This document shows positions 25,255 to 38,535 of a stretch of DNA of 64,000 bases, in pieces; within the stretch, counting starts at the first letter, position 1; the number at the start of each line of letters is the position of its first letter. The translations under genes were made by a program, and so were the position numbers. The DNA is from Lytechinus pictus (lineage: Eukaryota), in the NCBI RefSeq assembly GCF_037042905.1, contig NC_087252.1, forward strand, positions 27,096,001 to 27,160,000, given 5' to 3'. The notes beneath the pieces are model-generated. The model had not been told where the DNA came from, searched no databases, and worked only from the letters and a program-made list of their open reading frames with translations.

Positions 25255-26412
25255 TTTCACATGAAGTTTTGTAAGCAAATTTTAAAGTTGAAAAAATCAA
25301 CAGCTAATTGTATGGTGTTAGGCGAACTAGGTAGATACAGTCTTGAAAAATATATCTCTAATAGAATGATTAATTTCTGGTGTAGTTTAGAACATGCTGA
25401 GGAAAACAAATTATCGGGAATGATATATAGAATTTTGAAGGTTTTGTATAATGAGAACGTATATAAATCTTCATGGATTAAAAAAATTAAAACTACTATC
25501 GATATGCTAGGAATGTCTGATTTATGGTATACATGTGAAACCACAAACAGAACTTGGATCAAACGTACAATTGATCAACGTTTAAAAGATTGCCTCTTTC
25601 AAAATTGGTACTCGAAAATGTATGATAATCCTCAATGTATTAATTATCGGATCTATAAAAAGTCTCTTGAATTAGAAAAATACATGATTGTTTTTCTTAA
25701 AAATATCGTATATGCTTTTCTAAATTCCGCTGTGAAAACCATCGTCTACCAATAGTTACAGGGAGGTATGAAAATGTTGAAAGAAATAATAGAATTTGCA
25801 ATCTGTGTCAATCACAAATTGTAGGCGATGGATACCATTATTTGTTTGTTTGTCCGGCTTTTTCAGCAGAGAGAAAATTATATTTAGACAATTACTTCGC
25901 AAAGAGGCCTAACACTTACAAAATGGAAAAATTATTCAACACAGCTAAATTAAACACACTTCTAAATCTGGCTAAATTTTGTAAAATAATTATGCTTCGC
26001 TTCTGATAGAGTAATCAAAGAATAGAAGTATTCATTTATTTCGTTTTATTTGTCTTTTAATAATTTATCTTGATTACTATATAGATATAGATATCACATA
26101 TGTATTATTTGATAAACTGTTTAATTTTTGTATTTAGTTTGCTGCTGGTGCCTTTGTACGCATCATGTATTACTTTTTTTTCTGTTAGTTCTAAAATTTA
26201 GTAATTCAAGAAATAATTTATTTATATCTTATTATTTTATCATAATATTTCAGTGAAATATGTGGGTTTCTTGTTTGTATTTTTTGTTCATATATATTTT
26301 TTGTAAATATGTTTAAAATTCAAATGTAAATATGTTTCAAATGTTGTTATGTTCTCCAATACCCGTTGGGGTGATCTGAGAATAAATATTACTGTCATTA
26401 CTGTCATTACTG
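25255..26412 (+). mobile_element. 5'-truncated LINE, ORF2 C-terminal part with Cys/His motif (RTE-X-like by motif), frameshifted
   Basis: ORF 25261-25755 (...VLGELGRY...) continues in another frame as KFRCENHRLPIVTGRY...RICNLC...GDGYHYLFVC to a stop at 26004-26006. AATAAA plus (ATTACTGTC)n tail at ~26381-26412. Confidence 0.85.
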
Positions 26413-26734
26413 CCACGGTGCCTTCCTATGGGTTAGAAGGGCTCCCACTGGGAACTAACGATGATTTTGATTGGTTTGCTTCCGAAAAGATGGGTGGGAA
26501 CCAACGAACGTAGAGGGCAGCAACACACGTGTGTTGCTGCCCTTTACGTTCGTTGGTGGGAACTGAGAGAGATATGACAGGGAAAAGATGATAGATGTTC
26601 AGAATACCGGTTTGTGACAATCATAGCGGTGTCACATTTCGAAGAGAAATGACAAAATTATTTATGATAAAAGTTATAACAGTGTTCCAGAATATTACCC
26701 CTGGAACCGCCCCTGTCTTTAGCGTAATTCTTAC

Positions 26735-26882
26735 TTTTGTCTAGCTGAATGACATCCTCCTTTGTTGTTCCGTTGACTGAAGTACCCTGAGCGAGGATGC
26801 GGAAAGGGTGACCATGAAGATGGAACGGATGTTCCACCTTATACGGAGATAATCCCTCATCGATGAGAACGAGCTCTAACGT
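26735..26882 (-). CDS. Multicopper oxidase exon 11 (copper motif III HPFHLHGH)
   Basis: ttctag|TLELVLIDEGLSPYKVEHPFHLHGHPFRILAQG...LDK|gtaaga; phase 0->1. Confidence 0.97.
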
Positions 26883-27302
26883 CTAGAACAAAATATAAAT
26901 GAGATAATTATTATTCCCTTATTCCCATCAGCAAATCCAAAGCTTTGACTCCGGGGTTCTTAAATGGGATTGGATGTGTCCCCCGAGCTATTCTGATTAA
27001 GTGCATTCTTCATCCTTAACCCCATCCTTCTTACACTATTGGCGGCTCCTATACTCTGTTGGGCTACTATTCTTCCGGCAGGTATTTTCTGGTCGTGACC
27101 TCCTCCGTACCACCTTCCAACTCTTATTCAGTTTAGATTTACTAAAACATAAGCCAGAAGGTTCTACTGCTGTTCTACTGATGAACTAAAATCTTGCATT
27201 AGCACTCTTAAAAAGTGATCTCAAATTGTCTTTACATAGAAATGCGTCTCTTAAGGACAAGTAGGTTCCCCAAACGTATTATGTTTTGTAGAATTGTGTT
27301 AC

Positions 27303-27563
27303 CTGTCCTAAATCAACATCTATGTACTGTGTACATGCGCAGAACTCAGTATCACATGATTCAAAGCCGGCTTGTTCCACTTCACACAAAACGTCATCAT
27401 AGGCCCCGGCTGCAGCGAGTTGATCGTCGAATTGAGAGAGGAGAGGGAAGTCGGTGAATTTGAATGTCCGGCTGTTTATCTGAGGTACGTGGAAGTCGCC
27501 CCAGCCCGGTCCGCTTGGACCAATAGGATACAGGTCTGGGTCGTTAAACATCGGGTTATTGAC
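27303..27563 (-). CDS. Multicopper oxidase exon 10
   Basis: cttcag|VNNPMFNDPDLY...PQINSRTFKFTDFPLLSQ...FCACTQYIDVDLGQ|gtaaca; phase 0->0. Confidence 0.93.
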
Positions 27564-29111
27564 CTGAAGGGTAAAAGTAGGAGATAGAAAGATGGCACTT
27601 AGAACGTTTCTCATCTCCTCATTTATGTTGACAAGGGCTTACTTCGGGATCCGAGCCGCCAATGCGCCATAAGTTTACATTCATGAAAAAAGGTGCTGAC
27701 TGGAGCCTTTCTTTATCCCGCAATTGGAACCTTTTAAGGTTCAACAAAGAATCAGAAAAGGGGTTTAAACAGTCCTTTGGACCAAACACTTTTTAAAAGT
27801 TTCTTTAGAAAGGCAGAAAAGGGTTCTATGCACTCCTTTAGAACTACTTGCGGTTCTACAATGAAACCTTAAATGTTTTATATACAACCCATGGGGTTAT
27901 CGATAGTGCTAAGAACCCCATATATTGTATAAAATTAAAGAACCATACGCAAAATTGGTTGAATTCCTCACAACATCAAGAACCCCAAACGTTATATATA
28001 AAGAAACATAAATGGTTCCTATAACCTCTACAGGACTGTTAGAACCCTTTTCTGCTTCCCTCTGAAGAACCTTAAAAGGATCCATTTACAGGACAAAGAA
28101 AGGTTCTAAATTTTTTAGGAGTGTATGGCCCGGCGTCCTAGAGATGAGGATATGGTCCATCAGAAGTTGCGCACCCACAAGTTGAAGAAAGGAGTTTGTT
28201 CATAGTGTGGAGGATAGCTAATTAAGAAGCTGAGATGCTAGGGAAGAAGGGTGACCAAAATGGGCATGGATTACCGGGGGGGGGGGGGCAGTTCATTTCC
28301 GTGGGTTTTTATCCCACCGCTGCCACCAAAAGTTGCGGAAAATCGGAAAACAATTTTATTACATACAGAGGCCGGCCTAAAACAAGACACATACCGTAAT
28401 GATCTTGTTCGTGAAACATACCACCTCCGTTACAGCCCACCATTTGGAGCGTGTCGCGTAAAGCAGAGTGAAAACTGAAACCAGTAAAAATGTATATATA
28501 TAACAAAAATAAACAGATTATGAAAGCTTCAAAATAGCTCTCTTCTTTCTGGAACTTCTTCCTTTTCTTATCCCTTAGACCCCTAAAATCAATGGAAATA
28601 GAGGAAATAAAAAGTCAGACACAGAGAGATCATCTGAAGTTAAAAACTGCGTACAAAACAAATAAAACATTTCATACTTTCTCAATTATCAAAATTCATT
28701 TTTAATTTACTCACATATCGGCCCCTTGTATTTAACTTTCATATTTTCCGATTATCTCTATAAATTTGTATGTCCAATTAATTTACATAATACTATTTTC
28801 ACGTTCGCATTCTTTCTTGTTCTTTTCCCTTGTTATCTTGTGTATTCTAATTTCTTTCATTTTATTTGCTAACAGCTCTTTGAAACTTCTATATAAAGAG
28901 CTTCATAGATTTTGTCTACCATTGTTATTACTTACGATCCGATCTTATAGAGTAAGCCCAATGATTAATTGATCATTGACTATGGATTTTATGCTTATTT
29001 TTTTAATATGACTAGCAACAAATTTACCTGATATAGAAAAAAAGATGAGGTAAGAGAAAGAGAGAGGGGGGGTTATGTTGGGGGCAAAAAGAATAGCAAC
29101 AGAAATCTTAC

Positions 29112-29176
29112 CGCATTTAGGTCAAATGGCAGATAGACCCTTCGCATGTTATTATTTGATGATTGTGTATGGGCGT
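29112..29176 (-). CDS. Multicopper oxidase exon 9
   Basis: Long poly-T acceptor tttcgcag|(H)AHTQSSNNNMRRVYLPFDLNA|gtaaga; phase 1->0, required to bridge exons 8 and 10. Confidence 0.88.
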
Positions 29177-30016
29177 CTGCGAAAGAAAAAAAAAAGATGA
29201 TGATTGCATATGAGTATGTAAATCTTATTTCATTAGACCACAATCATTGTTTGTAAACCGAAGCTTCGTGAAGTACACATGTTCTTTTGGCAGTTTGGAG
29301 GTCTAGTTTAGCTATAGGCCGCATATAGTCCCCTTTCATCGATGCCCACATTCTATCACCAACTTTGATTATCATGATAATTATTGGATATTGTATTGGG
29401 TTGTCTGTTCCTTGTTGCTTTATTATACGGTCCTATACAACTTCAGATGTATACCTTGCTTTAATACTACAATATCCAACTATTTACTAACCATCAGTGC
29501 GTAAGGTATAGGCTCTTGGTATCCTTTGCAATGTCTTGAAATCGGACATACTCTGGGTTTTGTTTGAAACTTCCATCTCGAGACCAAAACAGCTCTTGAT
29601 GTCTGCTTCTTTTACGCAGAGCCAGCAGTTGATGGATATATGGTTCTGCACTATATATTTTTTTACTAATAATGCATTTGAGCGATGGACTCTTTAGATT
29701 GGTGAACAATCCACAAAGGAAATTTCAATAAATCAGTGATTTTCACTGACTGATTTGCTCACAACCAATCAGGTACCAGGATTTTAGTAGCTTATAACAA
29801 TTGTCAATGAATACCAATGACTATTTGTTTTATGAGACACTCCACTGACAGGGCAGGATTTCATCAACATTTTCATCTGGCAAGTTGTAAGATCTTTCTT
29901 GATTTGTATTAGCTGAGAAGGATTGTTCCTATATGATAACTGTCGGATTAACATGATTTTTCGGACAAAGCATCCGACAAGACCTTCCATGAAACACTCC
30001 TAAGGAGTTGACTTAC

Positions 30017-30252
30017 GCAGAGATCTCAATTCATTGACAGTATGCACCGCATCAGGTTCGTTATAATTTCTGCCCAAGTCTTGGTAGACCTTTCCTTCTC
30101 TGTCAACCAAAGGGTCAGCGGTCGGTACTTCTTCCGGTGCACCTCGGTACCTGATGATTGCCAGCTCACGTAGACCCGTTCCTTGCTTGTAACCTTGGAC
30201 CTTGAGCCAGTAGTTGCTGACATTTTGAGATGCGTCCAGGATGAAGTCGTAC
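30017..30252 (-). CDS. Multicopper oxidase exon 8
   Basis: atacag|(R)YDFILDASQNVSNYWLKVQG...AIIRYRGAPEE...NELRSL|gtaagt; phase 2->1. Confidence 0.95.
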
Positions 30253-30875
30253 CTGTATGGTTGAAGGAGATGGTTGTCAACTTCCGGAACTTAGAAGAGA
30301 TTTGACCCGAATTTAATCAGTCTATCATTTGTCGTACTCCATAAGTTTAGAATGACTTACCCCACAGCAAGAAAAGTTGTTTCATCTGACAATATGTAAA
30401 TCTGGTGGGGCAGAAATGCAAACTATTTTCATCACATTCAACTGCCACCAGGAGCACATTCTGAAAGTAGATAATGGACAACACGAGGTGGTGCATTCAA
30501 TCAAATAAAGTGATTTTTACTGATTACTCTGATAAGCTAACGCAATCATTCGATCTAACTGGCTGAGAGCAAATTATAGTCAATGAGAATCAATAAACCT
30601 TTCATAATTTGCTCCCGCGCCCTGACCTGCTGACATTCTGTTCAGCAGCCCTTAAGTATTCTAATTTAAGGAACACATCTCATTCCGTGTCGCAGGATAC
30701 ACATTTCATAAGTCTATCCTGAAATTAATTTTCTGTTCAATTCACTTTGAGAATTCTATGGTTTTACATAATGCCCGTCAGCCAATTACGCATATCTGAC
30801 ACTTCGGACGAGAATTATTCCTCTCAGTTTCATAAAAGGATACGATGATACCATCAAACTAGTTTTGTCCATTAC

Positions 30876-31030
30876 CTTTCCCCGCCGAAGAGGAAGAAAG
30901 CGTCAACCTCCAAAGGCTCAAAGTCATCTCCATCGGTCGAGATGAGAGTGATGTTATGACCATCAACTGATACCTTCATAGGAATATTGGCGATGGCACT
31001 ACTGATCACCCGGAAGCGGTACCGTTTACC
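30876..31030 (-). CDS. Multicopper oxidase exon 7
   Basis: caacag|GKRYRFRVISSAIANIPMKVSVDGHNITLISTDG...GGE(R)|gtaatg; phase 0->2. Confidence 0.96.
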
Positions 31031-31488
31031 CTGTTGGATAAAGAATGAAAAGGGTACCTTACACTTAAGACTTAAAAGGTACTTGATAAGTAACTTTTAA
31101 ATGCCACTTTTGAAAAAGAGGTTCGGCACTCTATGCAAAAGAAAATAGCAAAATAATGCCCAGTAATCAAATGTTCTCTAAGACATCCGGTGAATGTTTT
31201 TTTTTTCTTTAATGACAAAATCGACAATTAGAACAGTATTCCTTATATGATCTTTAAGATCATCAATATTCATATGAAACTTAAAAGGAAGCTGCAGGCA
31301 TTCAAACAACTCGTTGAACATGGAGGGACGGCTATCCCGTAAGTGAGATTTTTTTATCAACTGCAGCCAAAGGGCCAAAGTCGGGGTTAAGTTAGTCATC
31401 TTAAATACATTCCACCCTATTCATTAAAAGGGAAATTTGTCCATAAATTCCGCAATCGCTTAATGCCATGCCCCTGTCAAACTTATAC

Positions 31489-31707
31489 CTGTTGGACTTC
31501 GTAGATCACCCTCGGCGTGGTCGACGATGTCGGACCATACACTGCAGACGCACCCATGCCGTTGATAAGTATGGACACTGGGCCTTCATCAACACCCCTG
31601 AAGTGGTCGCTGAGATAGGCCGCCGATATAGCTTGGTGCGTCCAATCAGTTAGGAAGACTGTGTGTTCGGGTAAGTCATGGTCGTACAGAAGATTATGCG
31701 GATCGTC
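31489..31707 (-). CDS. Multicopper oxidase exon 6
   Basis: ttacag|DDPHNLLYDHDLPEHTVFLTDWTH...SILINGMG...EVQQ|gtataa; phase 0->0. Confidence 0.95.
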
Positions 31708-32232
31708 CTGTAAAATTAAAGGAAAAGTTTTCAGGTTGACATTGGAAATTAATTGCGCACACTCTAACATACTCTGAAAAGTGTGATCTCAGTGTGGGGC
31801 ACGATATAAAAGCATGTTCACACTGTTACATATGAGCATCTTGGTGGGAATCACATGTTCGCATAGTCCACGGTGTGAACACCCACACTGTTGACGTTTC
31901 GAAAGTGTGAAATTATCTTCGCACTTTTCAATTTGACCATTTATAAGTGGGATCACACCTTGACAAAGTCCAACATGTGAACGCCGTGTGAACATAGTTT
32001 GTGACACAGTTCTTCCTTACATGGACGTAGGCTTGCCAGGAAATGGTTTTAATTTATACCTATATTCAGAAGGTATTAAAAATTTCTTTTACGAAAACGA
32101 TAAGATTATTGTCAGGTCCTTAAACAGTCAGGTATCATCAGTACTAGTAATATTTTGAGGAATGATGATAAAAACAGAACACAGCAAAATTGCAAGGTTC
32201 AAATTTTATGTCAAAGATGAAGTACATAATAT

Positions 32233-33573
32233 CCCAGGACCAAAATCCAATTGAAACCAGTTGGATTTCCAACTGGTTTCAATTGGTTTCAATTGGTTTC
32301 AATTGGTTTCAACTGGTTTCAATTGGTTTTAACTGGAATATAGCAATTTCCAGTTGAAACCAATTGAAACCAGTTGGGCAACTGGAAATCCTAACTGGAA
32401 CCCGTTGGGCAACTGGAAATCCTAACTGGAACCAGTTGGGTAACTGGAAATGACTTCCAACTGGAAATGATTTCTAACTGGAACCAGTTGGGTAACTGGA
32501 AATCCTAACTGGAACCAGTTGGGTAACTGGAAATGACCTTCAACTGGAAATGATTTCTAACTGGAACCAGTTGGGTAACTGGAAATCCTAACTGGAACCA
32601 GTTGGGTAACTGGAAATGACTTCCAACTGGAAATGATTTCTAACTGGAACCAGTTGGGTAACTGGAAATCCTAACTGGAACCAGTTGGGTAACTGGAAAT
32701 CCTAACTGGATCCAGTTGGGTAACTGGAAATGACTTCCAATTGGTTTCCAATTGGAAATTTTCCAATTACCCAACTGGTTCCAATTGAAACCAGTTAATT
32801 TGCATATTATCTGCCAGTGTGCACAGATTCATGTTTTATGTGATTCATCATCATTTAAAATGTATCTATTTAATTCTTTTCTATTTCAAGTACCATACTT
32901 GTTTCAGATAAGTGTTTAGAATGCTTAGGAGTGAAAACGATGTTCATAAATTTTATAGATTATAATTAAAACAGATTATAAGATAATTAGTACACCACTA
33001 ACTGTTACCAAATTACATCAAATACAAATACATATATTTGAAGATCTTTCATGTAAATATATATACATTATGAAAGTCTATTTATCAATGCCCTTTACAT
33101 TGGTATTATAGACATATAGCACTGCTTCTTTGTTGGCATGAGCAGTAGTTAGTGCAAAATCTAATTAATTTGTAACTAATTAGGTCATTCCAACTGGAAG
33201 TTCCAATTGGATCCAGTTGGAAACCAATTGGTTTCAACTGGTTCCAGTTGAAACCAGTTGCCTCCAATTGGTTTCAACTGGAACCAATTGAAACCAGTTA
33301 CCTCCAATTGGATTCAACTGGTTTTAATAGGGAAATTGGAACAACTGGAACCAATTGAAACCAGTTACCAACTGGTTGCTTTATTGGTTTCAACTGGAAC
33401 CAATTGAAACCAATTGCCAACTGGTTCCAGTTGCCCAATTGGTTTTAACTGGAACCAGTTGGCAACTGGTTTCAATTGGTTCCAGTTGTTCCAATTTCCC
33501 TATTGAAACCAGTTGGCCAACTGGTTTCAATTGGTTTTGCCCTAATTGGTTTCAACTGGATTTTGGTCCTGGG
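32233..33573. mobile_element. EnSpm/CACTA-like non-autonomous element with long CCAGTT/AACTGG arrays
   Basis: AT|CCCAGGACCAAAATCCA ... TGGATTTTGGTCCTGGG|AT; 2-bp TSD; repeat arrays at both ends around an AT-rich core. Confidence 0.85.
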
Positions 33574-33976
33574 ATGTCCATCAATCTTTGAAATATCAGA
33601 TTTTAGATGAACCGGTGTCTGTTTTATGTGTTTCTAAGAAAGAATGAAGATTCTGAATTTGATTATGATCAATTCTCTTCTGTAAACGGATATTATTCAA
33701 ATCTCTTAGAATAGACAGATCCATCTACGGGTAGCCCCAAATAGGTTGTTGCAATCCATTCTTTCTAGTTCTTTATATATATTTTTTCCACAGCATCACA
33801 GGGTGAATTGAGGTCGACGCTTTTAAAGTAGTTTATGAGTAGCTGGCCAGCCAGCTTTCGAATTGACCAACAATAAACGACAAACATAGTGATAAGATGT
33901 GAAAGTGATAATTTGATAACAAATCGTTTGACCAGACTTTCGTTACGGGTCAGTCATGACTGACATTGCAACTGAC

Positions 33977-34085
33977 CTGCTTCGATTGCCTGATAATAAG
34001 TGGGCCGAAAAGTCCGTCTGCCCTATGCATGCCAGTGTGAGCGTGCCAGAAGTGGGTCCCAGGGTGGTCAGCAGTGAAATTATAC
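33977..34085 (-). CDS. Multicopper oxidase exon 5 (copper motif II WHAH)
   Basis: attatag|(R)[36 protein letters not shown]|gtcagt; phase 2->0. Confidence 0.97.
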
Positions 34086-34377
34086 CTATAATATGGAATA
34101 AAAAATAAGTGTAAAGATATTTGTATATAGTTTGTAGCTTCTTTGTCATCTTGCTAGCTTAACTTAGTTGGTAAAAAAAAAAAATAAAAAACTAAACTTT
34201 CAAGGAATTAAGATAAATCCAGATGGGCTGTGAATATCAACAGGTTGAACATTTAATTTTTTTTCTATTACAATAAGATTTTAAAAGGATTATCTTTTAG
34301 ATCAAGGTTTGAGAGTTAATCATCAGGATATAATATCCAACATGTTTGACTCACCTTTATTTACAGTCTATCTACTT

Positions 34378-34442
<65 letters not shown>

Positions 34443-34502
34443 GTACTACTACTACTACTAGTACTACTAGTACTACTACTACTCCTACTACTCCTACTAC
34501 TC

Positions 34503-34563
<61 letters not shown>

Positions 34564-34921
34564 TACGATTACTATTACGACTACTACTACTTCTACTACT
34601 AATAGGCCTACAACTACTACTGCTGTATGCTGCTGCTGCTACTTCTACTATACTACTACTACTACTACTACTACTACTGCTACTACTACTACTACTGCTG
34701 CTGCTATACTATTACTGCTACTACAACTATTACTGTTGCTACTGCTACTTCTACTTCTACCCCTGGCTACTACTACTTCTCCTTCTACAACTCCTCTCTC
34801 GACTCCTCCGAGCCTGAATTTGTTTCCGGGTAGTATGTGACATTGACCGATCTTTAATACACCATCCACCAATACACTAATAATAGTATTATTACTGTTT
34901 CTATTTCTACTTCTACTTCTA

Positions 34922-34961
<40 letters not shown>

Positions 34962-35039
34962 GCTACTATCATGCCTACTGCTACTATTTCTTCTTCTTAG
35001 CTGATCTTACTAATACTACCACTACTACTACTACTACTT

Positions 35040-35073
<34 letters not shown>

Positions 35074-35087
35074 TACTACTACTACTT

Positions 35088-35123
<36 letters not shown>

Positions 35124-35165
35124 GTACTACTTCTATACTACTACTACTACTACTACTACTTCTAC
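34378..35165. repeat. Compound (TAC)n microsatellite tracts
   Basis: Long tactactac runs, interrupted by a partial exon-4 copy at ~34783-34868. Confidence 0.95.
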
Positions 35166-35190
35166 AACTTCTCGTTCTACCATTCCGAAC

Positions 35191-35351
35191 CTAAATTTGT
35201 TTCCGGGTAGTATAGGACACTGACTGATCTTGAAAACACCGTCCATGTACTGGGTAGACTTCTGATAAAGACCGTGCCAGTGAAGGGTTATTGACTCCCC
35301 ATTATCCATATGATTGACCGTGTTAACGATGACCTCGTCTCCATCACAAAC
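35191..35351 (-). CDS. Multicopper oxidase exon 4 (copper motif I HWHG)
   Basis: tttcag|VCDGDEVIVNTVNHMDNGESITLHWHGLYQKSTQYMDGVFKISQCPILPGNKF(R)|gttcgg; phase 0->2. Confidence 0.97.
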
Positions 35352-35412
35352 CTGAAATAGTAAAATAATATATTTACATGTATACACGCACACACACCCG
35401 CACACACCATCC

Positions 35413-35461
<49 letters not shown>

Positions 35462-35621
35462 CAGACGTGTTTTTCACGACTGTTTCAGAAACGGATTTTG
35501 AATTCTCTTTTTTGTCACATCATGGGTACTGACGAAGAGTGTGACTTTACCTTTCATTTTTTGAGAGCTATCCTCCTTTTAAAATCTACGATTATATATA
35601 TATATATATATATATATATTT

Positions 35622-35845
35622 CTCCCATAGGAGCTCGGCAGGACAGCGTTTTGCTGGTAAACGCCAAGCTGGTATATAACCAATTACCTCGGAATCATTT
35701 TACGTCTAGATTAATCAGTCATAGTGGCTGACGTTATAGACGACAGATATTACTCTCGGGCCTTTTACCAATGGCAGAGTAGGGATTCGAACTCACAACC
35801 TTGCGATTATGAGTCCATTGCTCTAACCACTGGACCACACGACCC
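35622..35845 (-). mobile_element. SINE with tRNA-Met(CAT)-like head, copy 1
   Basis: Minus strand GGGTCGTGTGGTCCAGTGGTTAGAGCAATGGACTCATAATCGCAAGGTTGTGAGTTCGAATCC plus a body shared with 50025-50262. Confidence 0.85.
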
Positions 35846-35903
<58 letters not shown>

Positions 35904-36006
35904 ACATATATGTGTGTGTGTGTGTGAGGTGGTGAGGGTGTGTGTGTGTATGTATATGTGTATATGACTACTTTGAGGAGATTGGTTAAAAAAGAAGATT
36001 GCCTAC

Positions 36007-36224
36007 CTCAATCGGAGGTCCTGGTAGGGATCTGTTAGCCACTATAATGGGCCTTGGGACACCGTCTGCTGCTACGCATTGTTCCCTCTGACAATCAGTC
36101 AGGTTGCACGGGCAGTCATAGCATGCCTTAGACATAGTATGATACCACTCTACTACAAACGTGTATTCACATTGCATTGGTTTTGAGCCAGTGCAATCTC
36201 GTAAACATGGGTGGGGTGACTTTT
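36007..36224 (-). CDS. Multicopper oxidase exon 3 (Cys-rich N-terminal region)
   Basis: ctttag|(E)KSPHPCLRDCTGSKPMQCEYTFVVEWYHTMSKACYDCPCNLTDC...VANRSLPGPPIE|gtaggc; phase 1->0. CxRxC and 'C.Y.F.VE.Y.T' motifs as in arthropod-type laccases. Confidence 0.95.
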
Positions 36225-36348
36225 CTAAAGTAAAAGAGAGAGAGAGAAATTAATCCTATATTGATTTCATTTCAAATTTCAAATGGAACAACTGCCTCTG
36301 ATGTATACGATTCAGTTCAAAGTATGTACAATGAACCCTTTTTTTTTC

Positions 36349-37970
36349 TTCAATTCAATTCAAAATTTATTTCAATCAATCAATCATAAAAATACAGGTA
36401 TATACAAATTAGATAAAAACATGGGATTGGGAGCCCCTGGAAGTTTTCATTTAAAAAACTTGTGGGTGGGGCACCACCATGATACAATTAAATACAAATG
36501 AATATAAGACATGCATAATGAGTGAACAACAAATAACATTGAAATACAATTTTTTTTTAAAGAGAGAAAAAAGAAACAATGGGCTAATATAGGGGAAATA
36601 AATAAAACAAACAACCAAATTAGAAGTAATAATTATAAATCATAGTGACCTACAGTGTGCTATTGGCAGGAGTTTTTATACTGAGAGAAAAATTCAACTT
36701 TCAAAAGTTTTTTAAACTTATTTAGGGTTTTACTTTGTTTGATATCTTTGTTTAAACCATTCCACTGCTTGATTCCTCTACAACGTAGAGAATTTTGGGT
36801 AATTTTAGTTTTTGGAAGATATTGGTGAAGATCTGCTGAATGACGCGTAAAGTATGAATGGAAAGAAGCATTTGTGTTGAAGAGATTATTAAAAATATTT
36901 GGCAAGAGATTTGAATGATAATTGTACATAAATATATAAGTATACATAAGAGCCAAGTCACAAATTTTCAATATTTTACAATCAAGAAATAACTTGCTTG
37001 TGTGACTATTGAAATGTGCATTACAAACTGTTCTGATTTACCTTTTTTTAATAAGAAATAATCTATGTAAATGTGTTTTGAATCCATTCCCCCATAGCAT
37101 ACAGCAATAAGTGAGATGGGGTAAAACCAAAGTATTATAAAGTGAAATTAATAAATGTCTTGGTAAAATAAACTTCAGTTTGCGGAGGACACCAGTACTT
37201 TTTGATAAACGAGTGCATAAATCATCAATATGAGGTTTCCAGGATAGAAATTAATTTATCTTGATACCTAACAAATTGATATTTGATACCTGGGAAGTAA
37301 TCTTGCCATCCATAATAACTGGAGGAATGTCAGTACCAATTTTTTTAGTTTGTATTTTAAATAGTACAAATTTAGTTTTTTCAAGGTTCAGTGACAGTTT
37401 ATTGCATTGAAGCCAGACAACAACTTTAGGAAGTTCAATATTTATGGTGTAAGTGAGAGGAATACTATTTTTTTGAGAAAGAGTTATACTGGTATCATCA
37501 GCAAAGAGTATGAAATTAAGAATTGAGGAACAATTTACAAGGTCATTCATATACAAAAGGAAAAGCAAGGGGCAAAGGACGGACCCTTGCGGAACGCCGT
37601 GTAATACATGACTGAAAGTTGACTTGACACCGCTGACCACAACATACTGCATGCGATTCGATAAATAATTATCAAACCAATCAAGAGCGAGACCTCTTAT
37701 TCCATAATGTTTCATTTTTTAAAGAAGTATGTCATGGTCAACGGTGTCAAATGCTTTCGAGAGATCCAAAAATATACCAATGGTGAGATTACCCTTATAT
37801 ATTTCTTGCATTATACGATCATACATGTGAAATATTGGCATATACGTTGAATATTTTTTCTAGTATCTTTGAGAATATGGGTAAAACAGAAATATATAAT
37901 TAACAATGTCTTTACGGTCACCCTTTTTGAAAATTGGAACAATTTTAGCTATTTTAAATGCATTAGGAAC
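36349..37970 (-). mobile_element. Degenerate 5'-truncated LINE (CR1/L2-group reverse transcriptase pseudogene)
   Basis: Fragments with GVPQGS, LFADD and FLDLSKAFDTV motifs broken by frameshifts/stops; (TTGAA)n tail at ~36349-36372. Confidence 0.9.
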
Positions 37971-38535
37971 CGCCGTAAGAAGAATGAATAGGGTCCCGTT
38001 AACATAAAACTTAAGGATTGATATTTGGGCCTATTTATACGATTTTTCACATTGATTAGTTTGTATAGTTTAGTATAGTATTTTATTCAAAGCAAATCAA
38101 ACACAAACAGTGGTACAAAGCACAACATCATAGAATACGTTTAAAAGTACCAATAATAGAGAGATATCTATCTCTCTATTAAGGAGCCTCTTACGTCATG
38201 CTGATCTAGTATGATTGTGAAAGTGTGTGTAGGGAAACGGGTGCGTATCCGGGGGGGGGGGGCACTTCCATTGACGAGTGGATACCATGCGCGACCATGG
38301 GGTCTCGAAAAGCTCCCTAAACACGTATTTTCCATATTCTGAAAATGCACCCCTTAACAAGTATTGGCGTCTGAAACCTTACCCTTAACAAGTATTGGAA
38401 ACAAAACGATACTCTTGGCAAGTATTCCCTGAAATGAACCCCTAAACAATTACAGCGATATTTTATTGTTATGTCAGGGGTCCGTCGGTCATCCGTTCTA
38501 CATTTACACACCATTTGGTTTAGTATGGCCCCACC

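Noticed and set aside
29492..29645. Possible extra laccase exon in intron 8 (gcag...GTTAGT)
   Set aside because: No polypyrimidine tract, an in-frame stop in the required phase, and exons 8 and 9 already join in frame.
34346..34872. Thr-rich mucin-like and poly-Val ORFs
   Set aside because: (TAC)n microsatellite translations.
35772..35845. tRNA-Met gene
   Set aside because: Acceptor stem does not pair; the same head plus body recurs at 50025-50262, so it is a SINE.
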